Part shown: one piece after another, positions 36,239-46,827 of the stretch
Layout of the letters: each line of letters begins with the position of its first letter
Position numbering within the stretch: the stretch's first letter is position 1
NCBI GenBank assembly: GCA_017528085.1
Contig: JAFXPH010000002.1
Coordinates: forward strand, 145,071 to 209,070
Length of the DNA stretch: 64,000 bases
From: Clostridia bacterium
Lineage (GTDB): Bacteria > Bacillota > Clostridia > TANB77 > CAG-508
Reading direction: 5' to 3'
Notes under the pieces: generated by a model
What the model saw: the letters and a program-made list of their open reading frames with translations, nothing else
Databases searched by the model: none
What the model was told of the DNA's origin: nothing
Made by a program: the position numbers and the translations under genes

Positions 36239-38023
36239 TTACCTTTCAATTTCTACTCTTGTTCTTACTTCATTTACAACTGTTCTTATTCTTCTGCCAT
36301 TTATAGTTTCAAAACTTGGGAATTCTTCATTAATTAAGAAATCTAATACAACATTAAAATTACTTGTATCATAATCATGCAAATTATTATTGTTCACAAT
36401 AAATTCTGGAGTTATATTTTCTCTCGCACTATTTCCTTTTTTACATATAAACCTAACCATATATGGATTTTTAATTCCATTTTCATCATATCCTCCAATT
36501 ATTGCATAATCTATTAAACTTGCAAACAAATCTGCATCGAAAGATTTATACATATTTCTATTTCCTACACTTAGTATTTTATCTTTTATTGTATTTATTT
36601 TTGTTCCGTATCCTTCTTCATCTTCAATAATAGTATTTAACTTTTCTAATTTTTCATCACATTCTATTATTCTATTTTGAATATCCATTTGTTTTCTTTC
36701 AAAAACACTTTGTTCTATTTTTTCTTCAACATATAAATCTACTAATTTAGATAGTTTTTCTTTTAAATTTTTCTTCTCATTCATTAGTTTATCTTTCATA
36801 GTATAATTTACAGATGTTTGAGACGATTCTTTTATATTATTTATGAAATTTTCTATTGCAATTCCATCATTTGCAGTAAGCATATGATATGATTCCATAA
36901 AACATTTTTCTAAAATATCTTCTCTAATACTTTTACTACTTGGACAATATAGCCTTGCTTGTTTAAATGCGGCAAGACATTCCCATTTTGCATCCTTATA
37001 TGTTTTTCTTCTTCCAACTTTATCTCCACAAAATCCACACCAAAGTCTTCCACTAAAAACTGACCTTGAAGAATTGTATTTACTTGTTTCAATAAAGTTG
37101 TTTCTTCCTTTTCTAATATTTTGAGCTCGTTCAAAGTCTTCTCGTGAAATTATTGGTTCATGATGATCTTTTATGTAGTACTTATCTTCTTCTCCATTAT
37201 TTTTTGCTTTCTTATGAGTAATAACATTCGGAACATAAGTCTTTCCTTGTTCAACATCTCCAATATACTTTTCATTTTTAATTATTCCAAGTATTGTAGA
37301 ATCACTCCACTTTTTTAACCCATTTGGTGATAAAACTCCTTCTCTTTCTAGTTGTTGTGCAATAGTTTTTGAACCATATCCATTCAAGTACTTTTTAAAA
37401 ATATATCTTACTATTTCAGCTTCTTCTGGAATAATAGTCATTTTCTTCGTTTTATAATCATATTTATATCCATAGCAACTTACAAATCCAACTATTTCTC
37501 CTCTTTCTTTTTTCATTTTAAGTCCTAATTTTATATGTGAGGAAATAGTTTCAGATTCTTGTTGAGCAACAGATGATAAAACTGTTAAAAGAAGTTCACC
37601 TGCCATATCTAAAGTATTTATATTTTCTTCTTCAAATATAACAGCAACCTGTAATTCTTTTAATAATCTTACATATTTTAATGTGTCTAATGTATTTCTC
37701 GCAAACCTAGAAATAGACTTAGTTAAGATTAAATCTATTTTTCCATCAGTTGCATCTTTTATTAATCTCATAAAGTTTCCTCTTTTTTCTGCTCTTGTTC
37801 CTGATATTCCTTCATCTGCATATACTTCAACAAAAGTCCATTTTGGATTAGACATTATCTTATTTAAGTAATACTGTTGTTGAGATTTAAAGCTTGTTTG
37901 TTGATCTTCTAAATCTGTACTTACTCTGGCATATGCAGCCACTCTTAATTTTTGACTTCCTACATCTGCCGAATTTATATTTCTTAAACTATCATCATTT
38001 TTTCTTATTATTTCGACTTCCAT
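36239..38023 (-). CDS. large serine recombinase (resolvase/invertase N-domain plus recombinase and zinc-ribbon domains)
   Basis: LRVAAYARVSTDLEDQQTSFKSQQQYY has the catalytic Ser in RVSTD. 594 aa; Cys pairs in the C-terminal region. Confidence 0.8.
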   Translation of the reverse strand: MEVEIIRKNDDSLRNINSADVGSQKLRVAAYARVSTDLEDQQTSFKSQQQYYLNKIMSNPKWTFVEVYADEGISGTRAEKRGNFMRLIKDATDGKIDLILTKSISRFARNTLDTLKYVRLLKELQVAVIFEEENINTLDMAGELLLTVLSSVAQQESETISSHIKLGLKMKKERGEIVGFVSCYGYKYDYKTKKMTIIPEEAEIVRYIFKKYLNGYGSKTIAQQLEREGVLSPNGLKKWSDSTILGIIKNEKYIGDVEQGKTYVPNVITHKKAKNNGEEDKYYIKDHHEPIISREDFERAQNIRKGRNNFIETSKYNSSRSVFSGRLWCGFCGDKVGRRKTYKDAKWECLAAFKQARLYCPSSKSIREDILEKCFMESYHMLTANDGIAIENFINNIKESSQTSVNYTMKDKLMNEKKNLKEKLSKLVDLYVEEKIEQSVFERKQMDIQNRIIECDEKLEKLNTIIEDEEGYGTKINTIKDKILSVGNRNMYKSFDADLFASLIDYAIIGGYDENGIKNPYMVRFICKKGNSARENITPEFIVNNNNLHDYDTSNFNVVLDFLINEEFPSFETINGRRIRTVVNEVRTRVEIER

Positions 38024-38024
38024 A

Positions 38025-39794
38025 TTAGTTTACCTCTCTTTCTAATTTTTCATCTTTATCTTCGTACTCAAATCTAACATTAACATGGTCGATATTCTTA
38101 AGTTCTTTTTTCCCTGTTTTTTTATTAAATTCATAAGCTGTAAATTTAACAGGACACTTAAATTTTAGTAATAGTTTTAATTTGTTGTAACCTGAGTCAA
38201 TTGCATTATCTATAATTTCTTCATTTGTAGGCTTTTCTATTTTATCTTTATTATCTCTATATACAAACCTTATAAGTCTTCCGTCTTTTTTATAAGAGAT
38301 TCTTCCTCCAATAATTGTATATTTTATAAATCGTTTGAAAAAATCAAAACTAAATTCAAAAGTATCTTCTGCTTCTTTAACTTCATTTTCTATACTTTTT
38401 TCAATACTAACCTTTTGTTTTTCAGTTTCTAATAATTCTATACTTTTATTAATTTCAATTAATCTATCTTCATATTCTTTTTTTAATTGATTATAATCAT
38501 ATAAATTAATTTGCTTTTTCAAATATTTATCAGCAAATTCTGATAATTTAGTAAGAATTATCTCTCTTTCTTTTTCCAATTTTTTAAAATCATCTTGAGC
38601 TAATGTAACTGTACTTAATTTACTGAAATCAAATTTCTTTAATCTTTTCAAACATTCTATAAAAGCTATTTGAATTACATCTTCTCTCATTCTCATACTA
38701 TTTTCACAATGTGCACGAATTGATCCAAAATATTGTCCAGCTGAGCATTTATAGTACTTTTGATATTCTCTAGTTCTTCCTTCCGTCTTTCTAGGAAGTA
38801 CTCTTCCACAAAATCCACAACGAAACACCCCTACTAATTCTGTATCTATTTGTTTATATCTTTCCCTCGCCATTTCACTAGTAAGAAAAGAATTCTTCTT
38901 TCTTGCAAGCATTTCATGAACTTTATTAAAATCTTCTTCTGATATTATTGCTTTATGATGATTTTTTATCTTGTACATTGGCATTTCGCCTCTGTTTTTT
39001 ATTGGTTTTTTCCCTCTTTCTTTAACGTAATATTTTCCTTGTACCATCGTTCCAGTATATACTTCATTTTCAAGTATTCTTCTCACACCTTGAAATGAAA
39101 AAGAACTATTAAACTTTGTTTTATACCCTTTATCATTCATATGTTTAGCAATATTCGATATAATGTATCCATTTAAATACATTTCAAAAATAGTTTTTAC
39201 TATCTTTGCCTCTCTTTTATTTATTACTAACTTTTTATTCTCAATATCATGATCATATCCTAAACAAGGTGCATGTATCACTGCTACACCATTCTCATGT
39301 AACATTTTCAAACCATATTTTAATTTTTTACTAGCTTCTTCAGACTCTTTTTGAGCTACTGAAGACATTATAGTAATTAATAGTTCACTTTCTAAATTTA
39401 AGGTATAAATATTTTCTTCTTCAAAATAAACACCAATGTTTTTTTCTTTTAATAGTCTTACTGTACTTAAAAGATCAACAGAATTTCTTGCAAATCTTGA
39501 TACAGATTTTGTTAAAATCAAATCTATTTTCCCATTAATTGCATCTGCAACCATTTCATTAAATTCTTGCCTTTTAAATCTAGTTGTTCCACTTACTCCA
39601 AAATCTGAATAAACTTTAACTAAATTCCAATTATTATTCTTCTCTATTTTGTCTGTATAATATCTAATCATGTTCTCATAACTATGAAGTTGGTTTTCTT
39701 TTTCCGTACTAACTCTTACATATGCTGCAACATTTAACTTCTTTATTCTAAAATCAGTTACTTGCTCTTTTTTCTTTATCTTAAATACTTCCAT
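38025..39794 (-). CDS. large serine recombinase
   Basis: LNVAAYVRVSTEKENQLHSYENMIRYY. Start ATG (MEVFKIK) at 39794. Directly abuts the neighbouring recombinase genes. Confidence 0.8.
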   Translation of the reverse strand: MEVFKIKKKEQVTDFRIKKLNVAAYVRVSTEKENQLHSYENMIRYYTDKIEKNNNWNLVKVYSDFGVSGTTRFKRQEFNEMVADAINGKIDLILTKSVSRFARNSVDLLSTVRLLKEKNIGVYFEEENIYTLNLESELLITIMSSVAQKESEEASKKLKYGLKMLHENGVAVIHAPCLGYDHDIENKKLVINKREAKIVKTIFEMYLNGYIISNIAKHMNDKGYKTKFNSSFSFQGVRRILENEVYTGTMVQGKYYVKERGKKPIKNRGEMPMYKIKNHHKAIISEEDFNKVHEMLARKKNSFLTSEMARERYKQIDTELVGVFRCGFCGRVLPRKTEGRTREYQKYYKCSAGQYFGSIRAHCENSMRMREDVIQIAFIECLKRLKKFDFSKLSTVTLAQDDFKKLEKEREIILTKLSEFADKYLKKQINLYDYNQLKKEYEDRLIEINKSIELLETEKQKVSIEKSIENEVKEAEDTFEFSFDFFKRFIKYTIIGGRISYKKDGRLIRFVYRDNKDKIEKPTNEEIIDNAIDSGYNKLKLLLKFKCPVKFTAYEFNKKTGKKELKNIDHVNVRFEYEDKDEKLEREVN

Positions 39795-41271
39795 CTTTTC
39801 CCTCCTCAAAGCAAACATTTATAATTACTTTTTGGATTTTTAAAAAGACAACATGATTATTTATTATTTTTCTATATTCCATACAAGTTTTATACTTTAA
39901 TTGGATTTCATCTTTTGTTCCTCCATGATTTAAATAGTCATGCATTAGCAGTTTTATATCTAAAGCACCATTGTTATATTTTCCAATACAGATCTTACTA
40001 AAAACTTTATTAAACAGTTCTCTACTAAAAGATTTATTTAAAGTAACTCCGTTTAGTATTTCTTCCACTTGTTCATATTCTAATAGTTTTTCTCTATTCA
40101 AGTATTCTTTTAATAATATAAAAGATTCCGTTATTATTTTTTCTAAATCATCTCTTTTTATATTAAACCCTTTACACGGCTTGTCCTTCTTTCTATGTTT
40201 ACACCTATACACATTATATCTTGCACTTGATTCTCCTATACCTATTGTAATTTTAGAATTATTACAGCAACTACAATAAATCTTTCCTCTGATTGTATCA
40301 GCAAAAACATCTTTTCTAAATTTTTCATAATATTCTTCTCTTACTTTTTTTAGTCTTACTTGAACTTTATCAAATAATTTCTGAGATATGATCGCATCAT
40401 GAGAATTTTTAATAAAGAATTTTTCTCTTTCACCATTATTAATTACAGGTTTGTGTGTTAATGGATCAGGAGTATATGTTTTTCCAAGAATCAAATTTCC
40501 AGTATATTTTTCATTTGATAAAATACTATGAATATGACTATAGTGCCATACAGTGCTATATCTTTTTCTATTTTTAGGTACATGTCTTTCATTTAATGAA
40601 TTAACGATATTATTAATTGTTTCTCCATTTGCATATCTTTCAAATATTTCTCTTATAATAACAGCTTCATCTTCAACAATTTCATACTTTCTTTTCTCAT
40701 AATTAAAGATATATCCGTATAAAGCATCTGAAGGTGAAAACTCTCCTCTTTTCATTCTCATTCTATGTCCCATAGAAACATGGGCTGAAATGTTTTGAGA
40801 TTCTTGTTGAGCAATAGATGAAAGAATTGTAAGCAACAATTCTCCTGTCATATCTAATGTATTAATTTTTTCTTCTTCAAAATATACTGCTATATTCTTC
40901 TCTTTAAGTTTTCTTACATATTTAAGAGTATCAACTGTATTTCTTGCAAATCGAGAAATAGATTTAGTTAGTATTAAATCTATTTCTCCATCTAATGCAT
41001 TTTTTATCATATTGATAAATTGAACTCTTCTTTCAGTTCTTGTCCCTGACTTTCCTTTTTCAGCATAAATACCTGCAAAACTCCAATTAGGATTTTCTTC
41101 AATCTCTTTGTAATAATGTTTATACTGAGAAGAAAAACTAAAGTTTTGGATTTCATCTTCAGTACTAACTCTAACATATGCTGCAACTTTTAATTTCTTC
41201 TCTTTTAAACTGTTTAAAGTCACACTTCCTGTTAAATCAATTTTGTCTTTTCTAATAATTTGTAATTCCAT
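39781..41271 (-). CDS. large serine recombinase (shorter, 496 aa)
   Basis: LKVAAYVRVSTEDEIQNFSFSSQYKHY. First gene of the recombinase operon; its 3' end overlaps the next gene. Confidence 0.8.
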   Translation of the reverse strand: MELQIIRKDKIDLTGSVTLNSLKEKKLKVAAYVRVSTEDEIQNFSFSSQYKHYYKEIEENPNWSFAGIYAEKGKSGTRTERRVQFINMIKNALDGEIDLILTKSISRFARNTVDTLKYVRKLKEKNIAVYFEEEKINTLDMTGELLLTILSSIAQQESQNISAHVSMGHRMRMKRGEFSPSDALYGYIFNYEKRKYEIVEDEAVIIREIFERYANGETINNIVNSLNERHVPKNRKRYSTVWHYSHIHSILSNEKYTGNLILGKTYTPDPLTHKPVINNGEREKFFIKNSHDAIISQKLFDKVQVRLKKVREEYYEKFRKDVFADTIRGKIYCSCCNNSKITIGIGESSARYNVYRCKHRKKDKPCKGFNIKRDDLEKIITESFILLKEYLNREKLLEYEQVEEILNGVTLNKSFSRELFNKVFSKICIGKYNNGALDIKLLMHDYLNHGGTKDEIQLKYKTCMEYRKIINNHVVFLKIQKVIINVCFEEGKDGSI

Positions 41272-41330
41272 ACTATTCCTCCTATACTTATTTCTCTCGG
41301 ATTAAGTATACAGAAATAAGTATAATAGTC

Positions 41331-41531
41331 CTAATGTGCAATTTCGCTTTTTTTATCCCTTATGTAAACTCTAATAGAATCATATTCATCATCTGAAATA
41401 ATTCCAGACTTTCTTAAAACTGTTAGAGCTTCTATCTCTAATAAATATTGTATTTGATCTTTTGATATATAATTTTTATCTCTATTATCAATTAAAATTT
41501 TACTCACACTCATATCTTTAATCCTCCTCAT
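41331..41531 (-). CDS. small hypothetical protein (SHOCT-like C-terminal segment)
   Basis: 66 aa; LRKSGIISDDEYDSIRVYI resembles the SHOCT short C-terminal domain. Sits upstream of the recombinases. Confidence 0.35.
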   Translation of the reverse strand: MRRIKDMSVSKILIDNRDKNYISKDQIQYLLEIEALTVLRKSGIISDDEYDSIRVYIRDKKSEIAH

Positions 41532-42139
41532 AATTTAAATTAAATTATTAAAATAAATACTTGGTTAAATTAAAAAGCTATGATAAATATTTTTATTTGC
41601 AGACTCATTGTCTCAAATTTATAATAATCTTTCTTCTAACAACTAATAACTTTTTAAATTTTCCATAATATTTCTCTTCCTACCACAATTATTAGCTAAA
41701 AAACTTTAGTAATTATTAGAAGAAAAACTATTATGCTTTATGGCAAAAATATGACTTTTCTTTTTCCTTTTCCATATTTTTTCCTCCTCTCAAAATAAAA
41801 ACAAATGATCAAAGTTAAGCAATAGATTTAATATCTATTCTTACATACCTTCTTGCTGGTATATCTGCTGTCTCTGCAGACACGCTCTCATGGCTTGCGA
41901 CGGTTTTATCACGCTCGAACTATGACTAAGCGGTAAGTTACATATAAAAATATTCTATATGTAAAACTTAACTTTAATACTATTCACCTGTAATAGGATT
42001 CTGTAATTCACTATCTATAACCATTAAGGTAAAAACAAATTATAAAAATATAATTTAATCCCTACAATTATTAATAGGGGTTCATCTCCAAAAAATTGCA
42101 CATTTATTTGAAAAATTCTTAAATTTTTTTATTTTTTTC

Positions 42140-42170
42140 AAATAAAAAGAACTCTTACTGCATTAGCAAG
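42140..42170 (-). terminator. hairpin terminator after 42215..42484
   Basis: GAACTCTTactgcattagCAAGAGTTC followed by TTTTTATTTG on the minus strand. Confidence 0.45.
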
Positions 42171-42214
42171 AGTTCCCAGCTTTATTTCTAGTGTTTTTAT
42201 AGATTTTTAAAATC

Positions 42215-42484
42215 TTAATTATTATTTGTTTTTTTACTATTTCCTTCCTTAGCAATTCTATTTGCTATTGGTTTAGTTTTAATAACTTTAATAACATATT
42301 CTATTATTGTACTTTCAAGATCTTCATCATAATAAGACTTACCTGTAACTTCATCTTCTATTATTGAATACTTATGAATCAAGGGCTTCATAATATTAAT
42401 AATTTTTATTAAAGAACGACTACTATATTTTGAAGACTTTAATAATTTATAAAAATCAGTATTATACATTATTACCATCTCCAT
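42215..42484 (-). CDS. hypothetical protein (element)
   Basis: 89-aa ORF overlapping the stop of the sigma-like gene upstream. No motif recognised. Confidence 0.4.
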   Translation of the reverse strand: MEMVIMYNTDFYKLLKSSKYSSRSLIKIINIMKPLIHKYSIIEDEVTGKSYYDEDLESTIIEYVIKVIKTKPIANRIAKEGNSKKTNNN

Positions 42485-43058
42485 AATAAGAATATAATCT
42501 TTTTAGTCTTTCCTCAGCCCTTGACTTTAGTGCATAAACACCTCTCGGTTTTAAATTCAATTCTTTAGCGATTTCATCTATATTCATATTTTCAAAATAA
42601 AAATAAATAATGACATATCGCTGTGATAATGTAAGACTATTTAATGCAAGTTTTATAATGGATCTATTTTTAGAATTAATTAGATTTCTTATTGCAGATT
42701 CTTCTGTATTACATTCAGCTACAATAGAATCTAAATCTTCGTCTTTGACATACATATTTCTTCTAGATCTAATATTATTTTGAATACAATAATCTCTCTT
42801 TTTATGTATTATTGACTTTCTCATAAATAATATAAATCTAGCAAATACTATATCATGATCAAAGGTATCTTTTGGAATATTTTTAAATAATTCCATATCA
42901 AATAAGCTATGAATTTCTCGTAAAGGTTCTTCCAGTTTTTTCTTTTTAACCTTTTTATCTTTCACTCGATTTTGGTTTTTATTTTTCTTCTTGTTTTTTC
43001 TTTTTGTTTTAACTTGGTTTTTATTACCTTTATTTTCGATACTATCTATCGTTTCCAT
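42462..43058 (-). CDS. sigma-70 family protein (region 4 HTH; basic N-terminus)
   Basis: C-terminal LTLSQRYVIIYFYFENMNIDEIAKELNLKPRGVYALKSRAEERLKRL is a sigma-70 region 4 motif. ATG at 43058 has AAGGAG upstream. Confidence 0.55.
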   Translation of the reverse strand: METIDSIENKGNKNQVKTKRKNKKKNKNQNRVKDKKVKKKKLEEPLREIHSLFDMELFKNIPKDTFDHDIVFARFILFMRKSIIHKKRDYCIQNNIRSRRNMYVKDEDLDSIVAECNTEESAIRNLINSKNRSIIKLALNSLTLSQRYVIIYFYFENMNIDEIAKELNLKPRGVYALKSRAEERLKRLYSYYGDGNNV

Positions 43059-43269
43059 ATATACCAACTCCTTTAAATTATTAAATTAGTATTGGTTAGA
43101 TAGATAGTATTAACTCTTCTTATTTTTATCTTTGATAATCTTTAACTCCTTTTCTAAAAACTTATTTAGACGAAAGCACCCCTTTCTATATAATATTTAC
43201 ACTATCAATAAAGCTATAAATAGAATATATATCAATTTGTGATAAATGTAAATAAGATGCTTTATTTAT

Positions 43270-43896
43270 TTACCTTGCATCGAATTCTTCCTTTGGAATT
43301 TCATTATAATTCTCATCTACATATCTAACCCTTTTATTATACATATCATCTTTTATTTCAAGAATTGTAGTAGGTATTAAGCTTTCTAATTTCCCACTAA
43401 CATCTTTAATTATTAAGAAACTACCTTTTATTATTTCATCTTTAAGTACTATATTAGGATCTAAATCTTTTTTCTCTCGCTCTTTATCAGCAAATATAAA
43501 AATATCTTTTTTATATGGAATTTTTTCATAATCTCCTCCAATTGAAGATTTAATATCTGACCTATCTTTTTTTAACTTCCATATAACAGCAGGTTTATCA
43601 ACGCCTTTGTACATAGCTCTTACTTCGTTTCTCTTTGGTTTTTCAAAATTATCTTCATCTTCCGTGTTCTTTTTATAATTGTCTGGATCAAATTTTCTTA
43701 TTCGGTTTTCTCTCCATTTTTCAAACTTTATTTCGTCTTCTTCTGATAACTCGCCATCATCACCTTGCAGTTCATCTAAAAATCTCATCGATGCTATAGT
43801 TGTTTCAAGTTCAGCAAGAATACCGAGTATTGCTTTATGTTCTTCACTTTCTTCTTTTTCTTCATCAACATCATCATAATCATAATCATCTATCAT
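43270..43896 (-). CDS. acidic hypothetical protein (element)
   Basis: 208-aa ORF starting MIDDYDYDDVDEEKEESEE. No domain recognised. Confidence 0.4.
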   Translation of the reverse strand: MIDDYDYDDVDEEKEESEEHKAILGILAELETTIASMRFLDELQGDDGELSEEDEIKFEKWRENRIRKFDPDNYKKNTEDEDNFEKPKRNEVRAMYKGVDKPAVIWKLKKDRSDIKSSIGGDYEKIPYKKDIFIFADKEREKKDLDPNIVLKDEIIKGSFLIIKDVSGKLESLIPTTILEIKDDMYNKRVRYVDENYNEIPKEEFDAR

Positions 43897-44401
43897 TATT
43901 TAAGTCTCCTTCCTCAGTATCTTTTTCTTCTTTCAAATGTTTTTCATTCCATTTTTTTGCATAACTAAATATCTCATAAGAAGGAACTTGTTCATGCTTT
44001 GGCATTCTTCTGTTTATTTCTAATAAAAATTCATCCATATTATCTTGATGATAATCTTTGTAGTGTTGGTATTCTCTTCCAATTATTTCCCAGTTTTCAA
44101 TAATATAAACTCCATTATCATAATTATCTGTATCTAGCTTTTCATACCTATCTACACCTACAGATAATTTCCCTCCAAAGTAGTTTCCAATTACTTGGCA
44201 CAGTCTTGCCCATCCGTAATCATCTACTTCTGGAGATCTATATTCTTTTAAATCACAATATGCTAGAAAACCTTCAACAAAATCCATTGTTCCATCCCAA
44301 TGTAGATATACACCAACATCTTTATTCTTAGTTGTAATAACTGCTCTATCTCCCATTTTATTGTACCTTTCTTTTATTCTATCTTTCATTTTCTCTATCA
44401 T
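43886..44401 (-). CDS. hypothetical protein (element)
   Basis: 171-aa ORF, translationally coupled to its neighbours by overlapping ends. Confidence 0.4.
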   Translation of the reverse strand: MIEKMKDRIKERYNKMGDRAVITTKNKDVGVYLHWDGTMDFVEGFLAYCDLKEYRSPEVDDYGWARLCQVIGNYFGGKLSVGVDRYEKLDTDNYDNGVYIIENWEIIGREYQHYKDYHQDNMDEFLLEINRRMPKHEQVPSYEIFSYAKKWNEKHLKEEKDTEEGDLNNDR

Positions 44402-44795
44402 ATGGTTTTCTATAGGAATCTCTATATCCTATTTTCTTATGTACCTTACTGTAACTATTTTTGTTCTTTGAGCTATCCCTAAATACTATTTCAATATTTT
44501 TATCAGGCATAGAACATGTTCTTTTAAACTCTTTTAAAAGTCTTTGTATTAAATATTCTAAATCTTCAAAATTCAAAAGTTCTTCCATAATTAATTTATC
44601 AATTAAGCCTTCATCTTTATAATCTTTTGAATAATCAGGAAAAGCTTTTCCATATCGCATATTTTTATAGTAGCTATTAATATCTCTATCAAACTCACTA
44701 TCATCGTCATACTCTAATAACTTAGGTAAATCTAATTTTTCAGCAATCTTATCCAAGATATCTTTTTTCCTTTTTCGAGGATATTTGTTTTCCAT
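44379..44795 (-). CDS. hypothetical protein (element)
   Basis: 138-aa ORF starting MENKYPRKRKK; the track start is TTG, one codon earlier. Confidence 0.4.
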   Translation of the reverse strand: MENKYPRKRKKDILDKIAEKLDLPKLLEYDDDSEFDRDINSYYKNMRYGKAFPDYSKDYKDEGLIDKLIMEELLNFEDLEYLIQRLLKEFKRTCSMPDKNIEIVFRDSSKNKNSYSKVHKKIGYRDSYRKPYDRENER

Positions 44796-44804
44796 CAAAT
44801 TTCT

Positions 44805-44957
44805 TTAACTCCTTCTACATATTTATAATTTTCCCACTCTACAAAATTTCCATTTTTTGACATGTGTGATACATTTTTTCTATGTTTTTTAAAACTAGTT
44901 CTATATTCATCGCATGTATCTTCCACAAACTTTTTCATTTTTTCGTCAACTTTTATT
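44805..44957 (-). CDS. possible small protein (~50 aa) between element genes
   Basis: MIDRIKVDEKMKKFVEDTCDEYRTSFKKHRKNVSHMSKNGNFVEWENYKYVEGVKEI. Its stop overlaps the next gene start. Below the ORF-track size cutoff. Confidence 0.25.
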
Positions 44958-44976
44958 CTGTCTATCATAACTATTC

Positions 44977-45645
44977 TTAATAGTCCATTTTTACTAAGTT
45001 TTTGTTTATCTCTCTTAAAAGGAAAATTATTGCTTTAATATAATTTTCATCTCTAGGAGATAGATTAATTGTTTTCTTTTGACTTTCTGGAATATCATCA
45101 TCTGGTGTTAATGCTAAATCAAGTACAAAATATCCTTGCTTATCAGATTTATTATTTTCTTCATTTTTTACATTTGTCTTATCATTTGTATTATTAGATT
45201 CTTCTACTTCTTTTTCAGCTCTTTTAAGCTCATTATATTTTTTCATTTTCTCAAAAGCTTCTCTTCTCCTTTGTTCTCTTTTAGAAATAAAATGTCCATC
45301 TTCATCTTGATTAGAATAATCATGAGATATTTTATCTAATCTTTCTTTGTATTCTAAAAGATTATCTCTTGTGAAACTTGATATTTCTCCTGTTTCTTTA
45401 TCTTTAGCAACATAGAATAAATCTCCTCTAATAGTTTCTACTAATGTACTTCCTCTAGGTCTAATATAAACGTTTGGCATTAATTTTTCTCTATCTTTTT
45501 TGCAAATAATAAATGTGTCATCAAGATCTATTCTTTCAATCTCTCCATCAAGTTTTCTCTTAAATAGCTCTTCAGAGTTTTTTATTCGTAGGTACTCTGC
45601 ATTCTTCTTTGGTTCTTTGTAGATAACTACAATATCTTTGTCCAT
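44977..45645 (-). CDS. hypothetical protein (element)
   Basis: 222-aa ORF with a charged central region. No motif recognised. Confidence 0.4.
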   Translation of the reverse strand: MDKDIVVIYKEPKKNAEYLRIKNSEELFKRKLDGEIERIDLDDTFIICKKDREKLMPNVYIRPRGSTLVETIRGDLFYVAKDKETGEISSFTRDNLLEYKERLDKISHDYSNQDEDGHFISKREQRRREAFEKMKKYNELKRAEKEVEESNNTNDKTNVKNEENNKSDKQGYFVLDLALTPDDDIPESQKKTINLSPRDENYIKAIIFLLREINKNLVKMDY

Positions 45646-45662
45646 CTTTAACTCCTTAAATT

Positions 45663-45905
45663 TTATTCATATTTTTCAATATTCCAAAAGAAATCATCTA
45701 ATGCTTTTTCTTTTAATGTAATTGCTTCTGCCTTAGATATTTTTAAAGCTTGGCATAATTGTTTTAAAGAATAATTTTTCAAATATACCATAATAAATAC
45801 TTTTCTCTCTTCTTTTGGAAGTCTTAGTATGGCTTTAGTTAAAGTCCTACTTTCAAGGATTGTTTTCATCCTTAGAAATGAAATAAATGTTTTTTCATTT
45901 TTCAT
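45663..45905 (-). CDS. small sigma-70 region-4-like / late-transcription regulator protein
   Basis: RLPKEERKVFIMVYLKNYSLKQLCQALKISKAEAITLKEKALDDF, a region-4-type HTH in an 80-aa protein. Confidence 0.45.
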   Translation of the reverse strand: MKNEKTFISFLRMKTILESRTLTKAILRLPKEERKVFIMVYLKNYSLKQLCQALKISKAEAITLKEKALDDFFWNIEKYE

Positions 45906-46122
45906 ATAATAATCCTTTCAAATTATTTTCATGAATTCATGACTCGTTCGAACTGTGTATATGATACTACCATTTTTCTAAAATAGTTCATTTTACACAA
46001 AAAGTCACAAAAAATTCTAATTTTACACAAATTTACACTAAAATTTTGTTCGGAATTAAGGCAAAAAAATAAACCCTTAAAATCTTTAATTTTAAGAGTT
46101 TACTATTATCTCTTATATTCTT

Positions 46123-46827
46123 TTAATATGACTTTTTATTTGATATATCTGGATACCAAAATCCATCATTCTTTATTTGATTTAGTTCTTCATCTGTAAG
46201 AGATAATCTTTTTCTCATTTCATTTTTTTCTTTTTCATTAAGTTTATTTTTTGATATACATACTTTTTTAACAACTGGATCAAAAGAGTCATCTTTTTCT
46301 CCACATATTATTCCCATCTTGATATCATCACTCGCATATTTCATATTAATATAAATCATTACTTTTTCAAAATGATCATTTTCAACATGATAATTCTTCA
46401 TTAATATAAATGCTACTTCTGAATTTGATTCAATAGATCCTACTAAGAATATCTTATTAAGTTTTGGAACAGAAAAGTATACTTTCATAATTCCATTTTC
46501 TGACTTTATTGTAAGAAGCATTTCATATAACTTGTCTGTAGAATCTATGTAATACATGTATAGTTTATCTACTGAAAATGGATTATTTGATCTTTGTACT
46601 TCTTCGTTAACTTCTCTTTTATTAACTAAATCATTTAAATCAATTTCTAATGCATTACATATACTAAGTATCACTTCAAAATCTGGAATAATTGTATTTG
46701 CTTCATACTTGTATATTGTACTTGGAGTCTTGTTAATTCTTTCTGATAATTCATTTATAGACATCTTTTTAGATTTTCTTATTTTCCTAAAAGATTCTCC
46801 AAAATTATAATATTCTAAATTATACAT
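46123..46827 (-). CDS. XRE-family HTH repressor-like protein with C-terminal domain (element immunity/regulator)
   Basis: MSINELSERINKTPSTIYKYEANTIIPDFEVILSICNALEIDLNDLV is an HTH_XRE motif. ATG at 46827 has GGAGGTG upstream. Confidence 0.6.
   Translation of the reverse strand: MYNLEYYNFGESFRKIRKSKKMSINELSERINKTPSTIYKYEANTIIPDFEVILSICNALEIDLNDLVNKREVNEEVQRSNNPFSVDKLYMYYIDSTDKLYEMLLTIKSENGIMKVYFSVPKLNKIFLVGSIESNSEVAFILMKNYHVENDHFEKVMIYINMKYASDDIKMGIICGEKDDSFDPVVKKVCISKNKLNEKEKNEMRKRLSLTDEELNQIKNDGFWYPDISNKKSY

Noticed and set aside
36910-37134. 74-aa minus-strand ORF inside the first serine recombinase gene
   Set aside because: Same-strand alternative-frame ORF entirely within a conserved recombinase coding region. 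No independent support.
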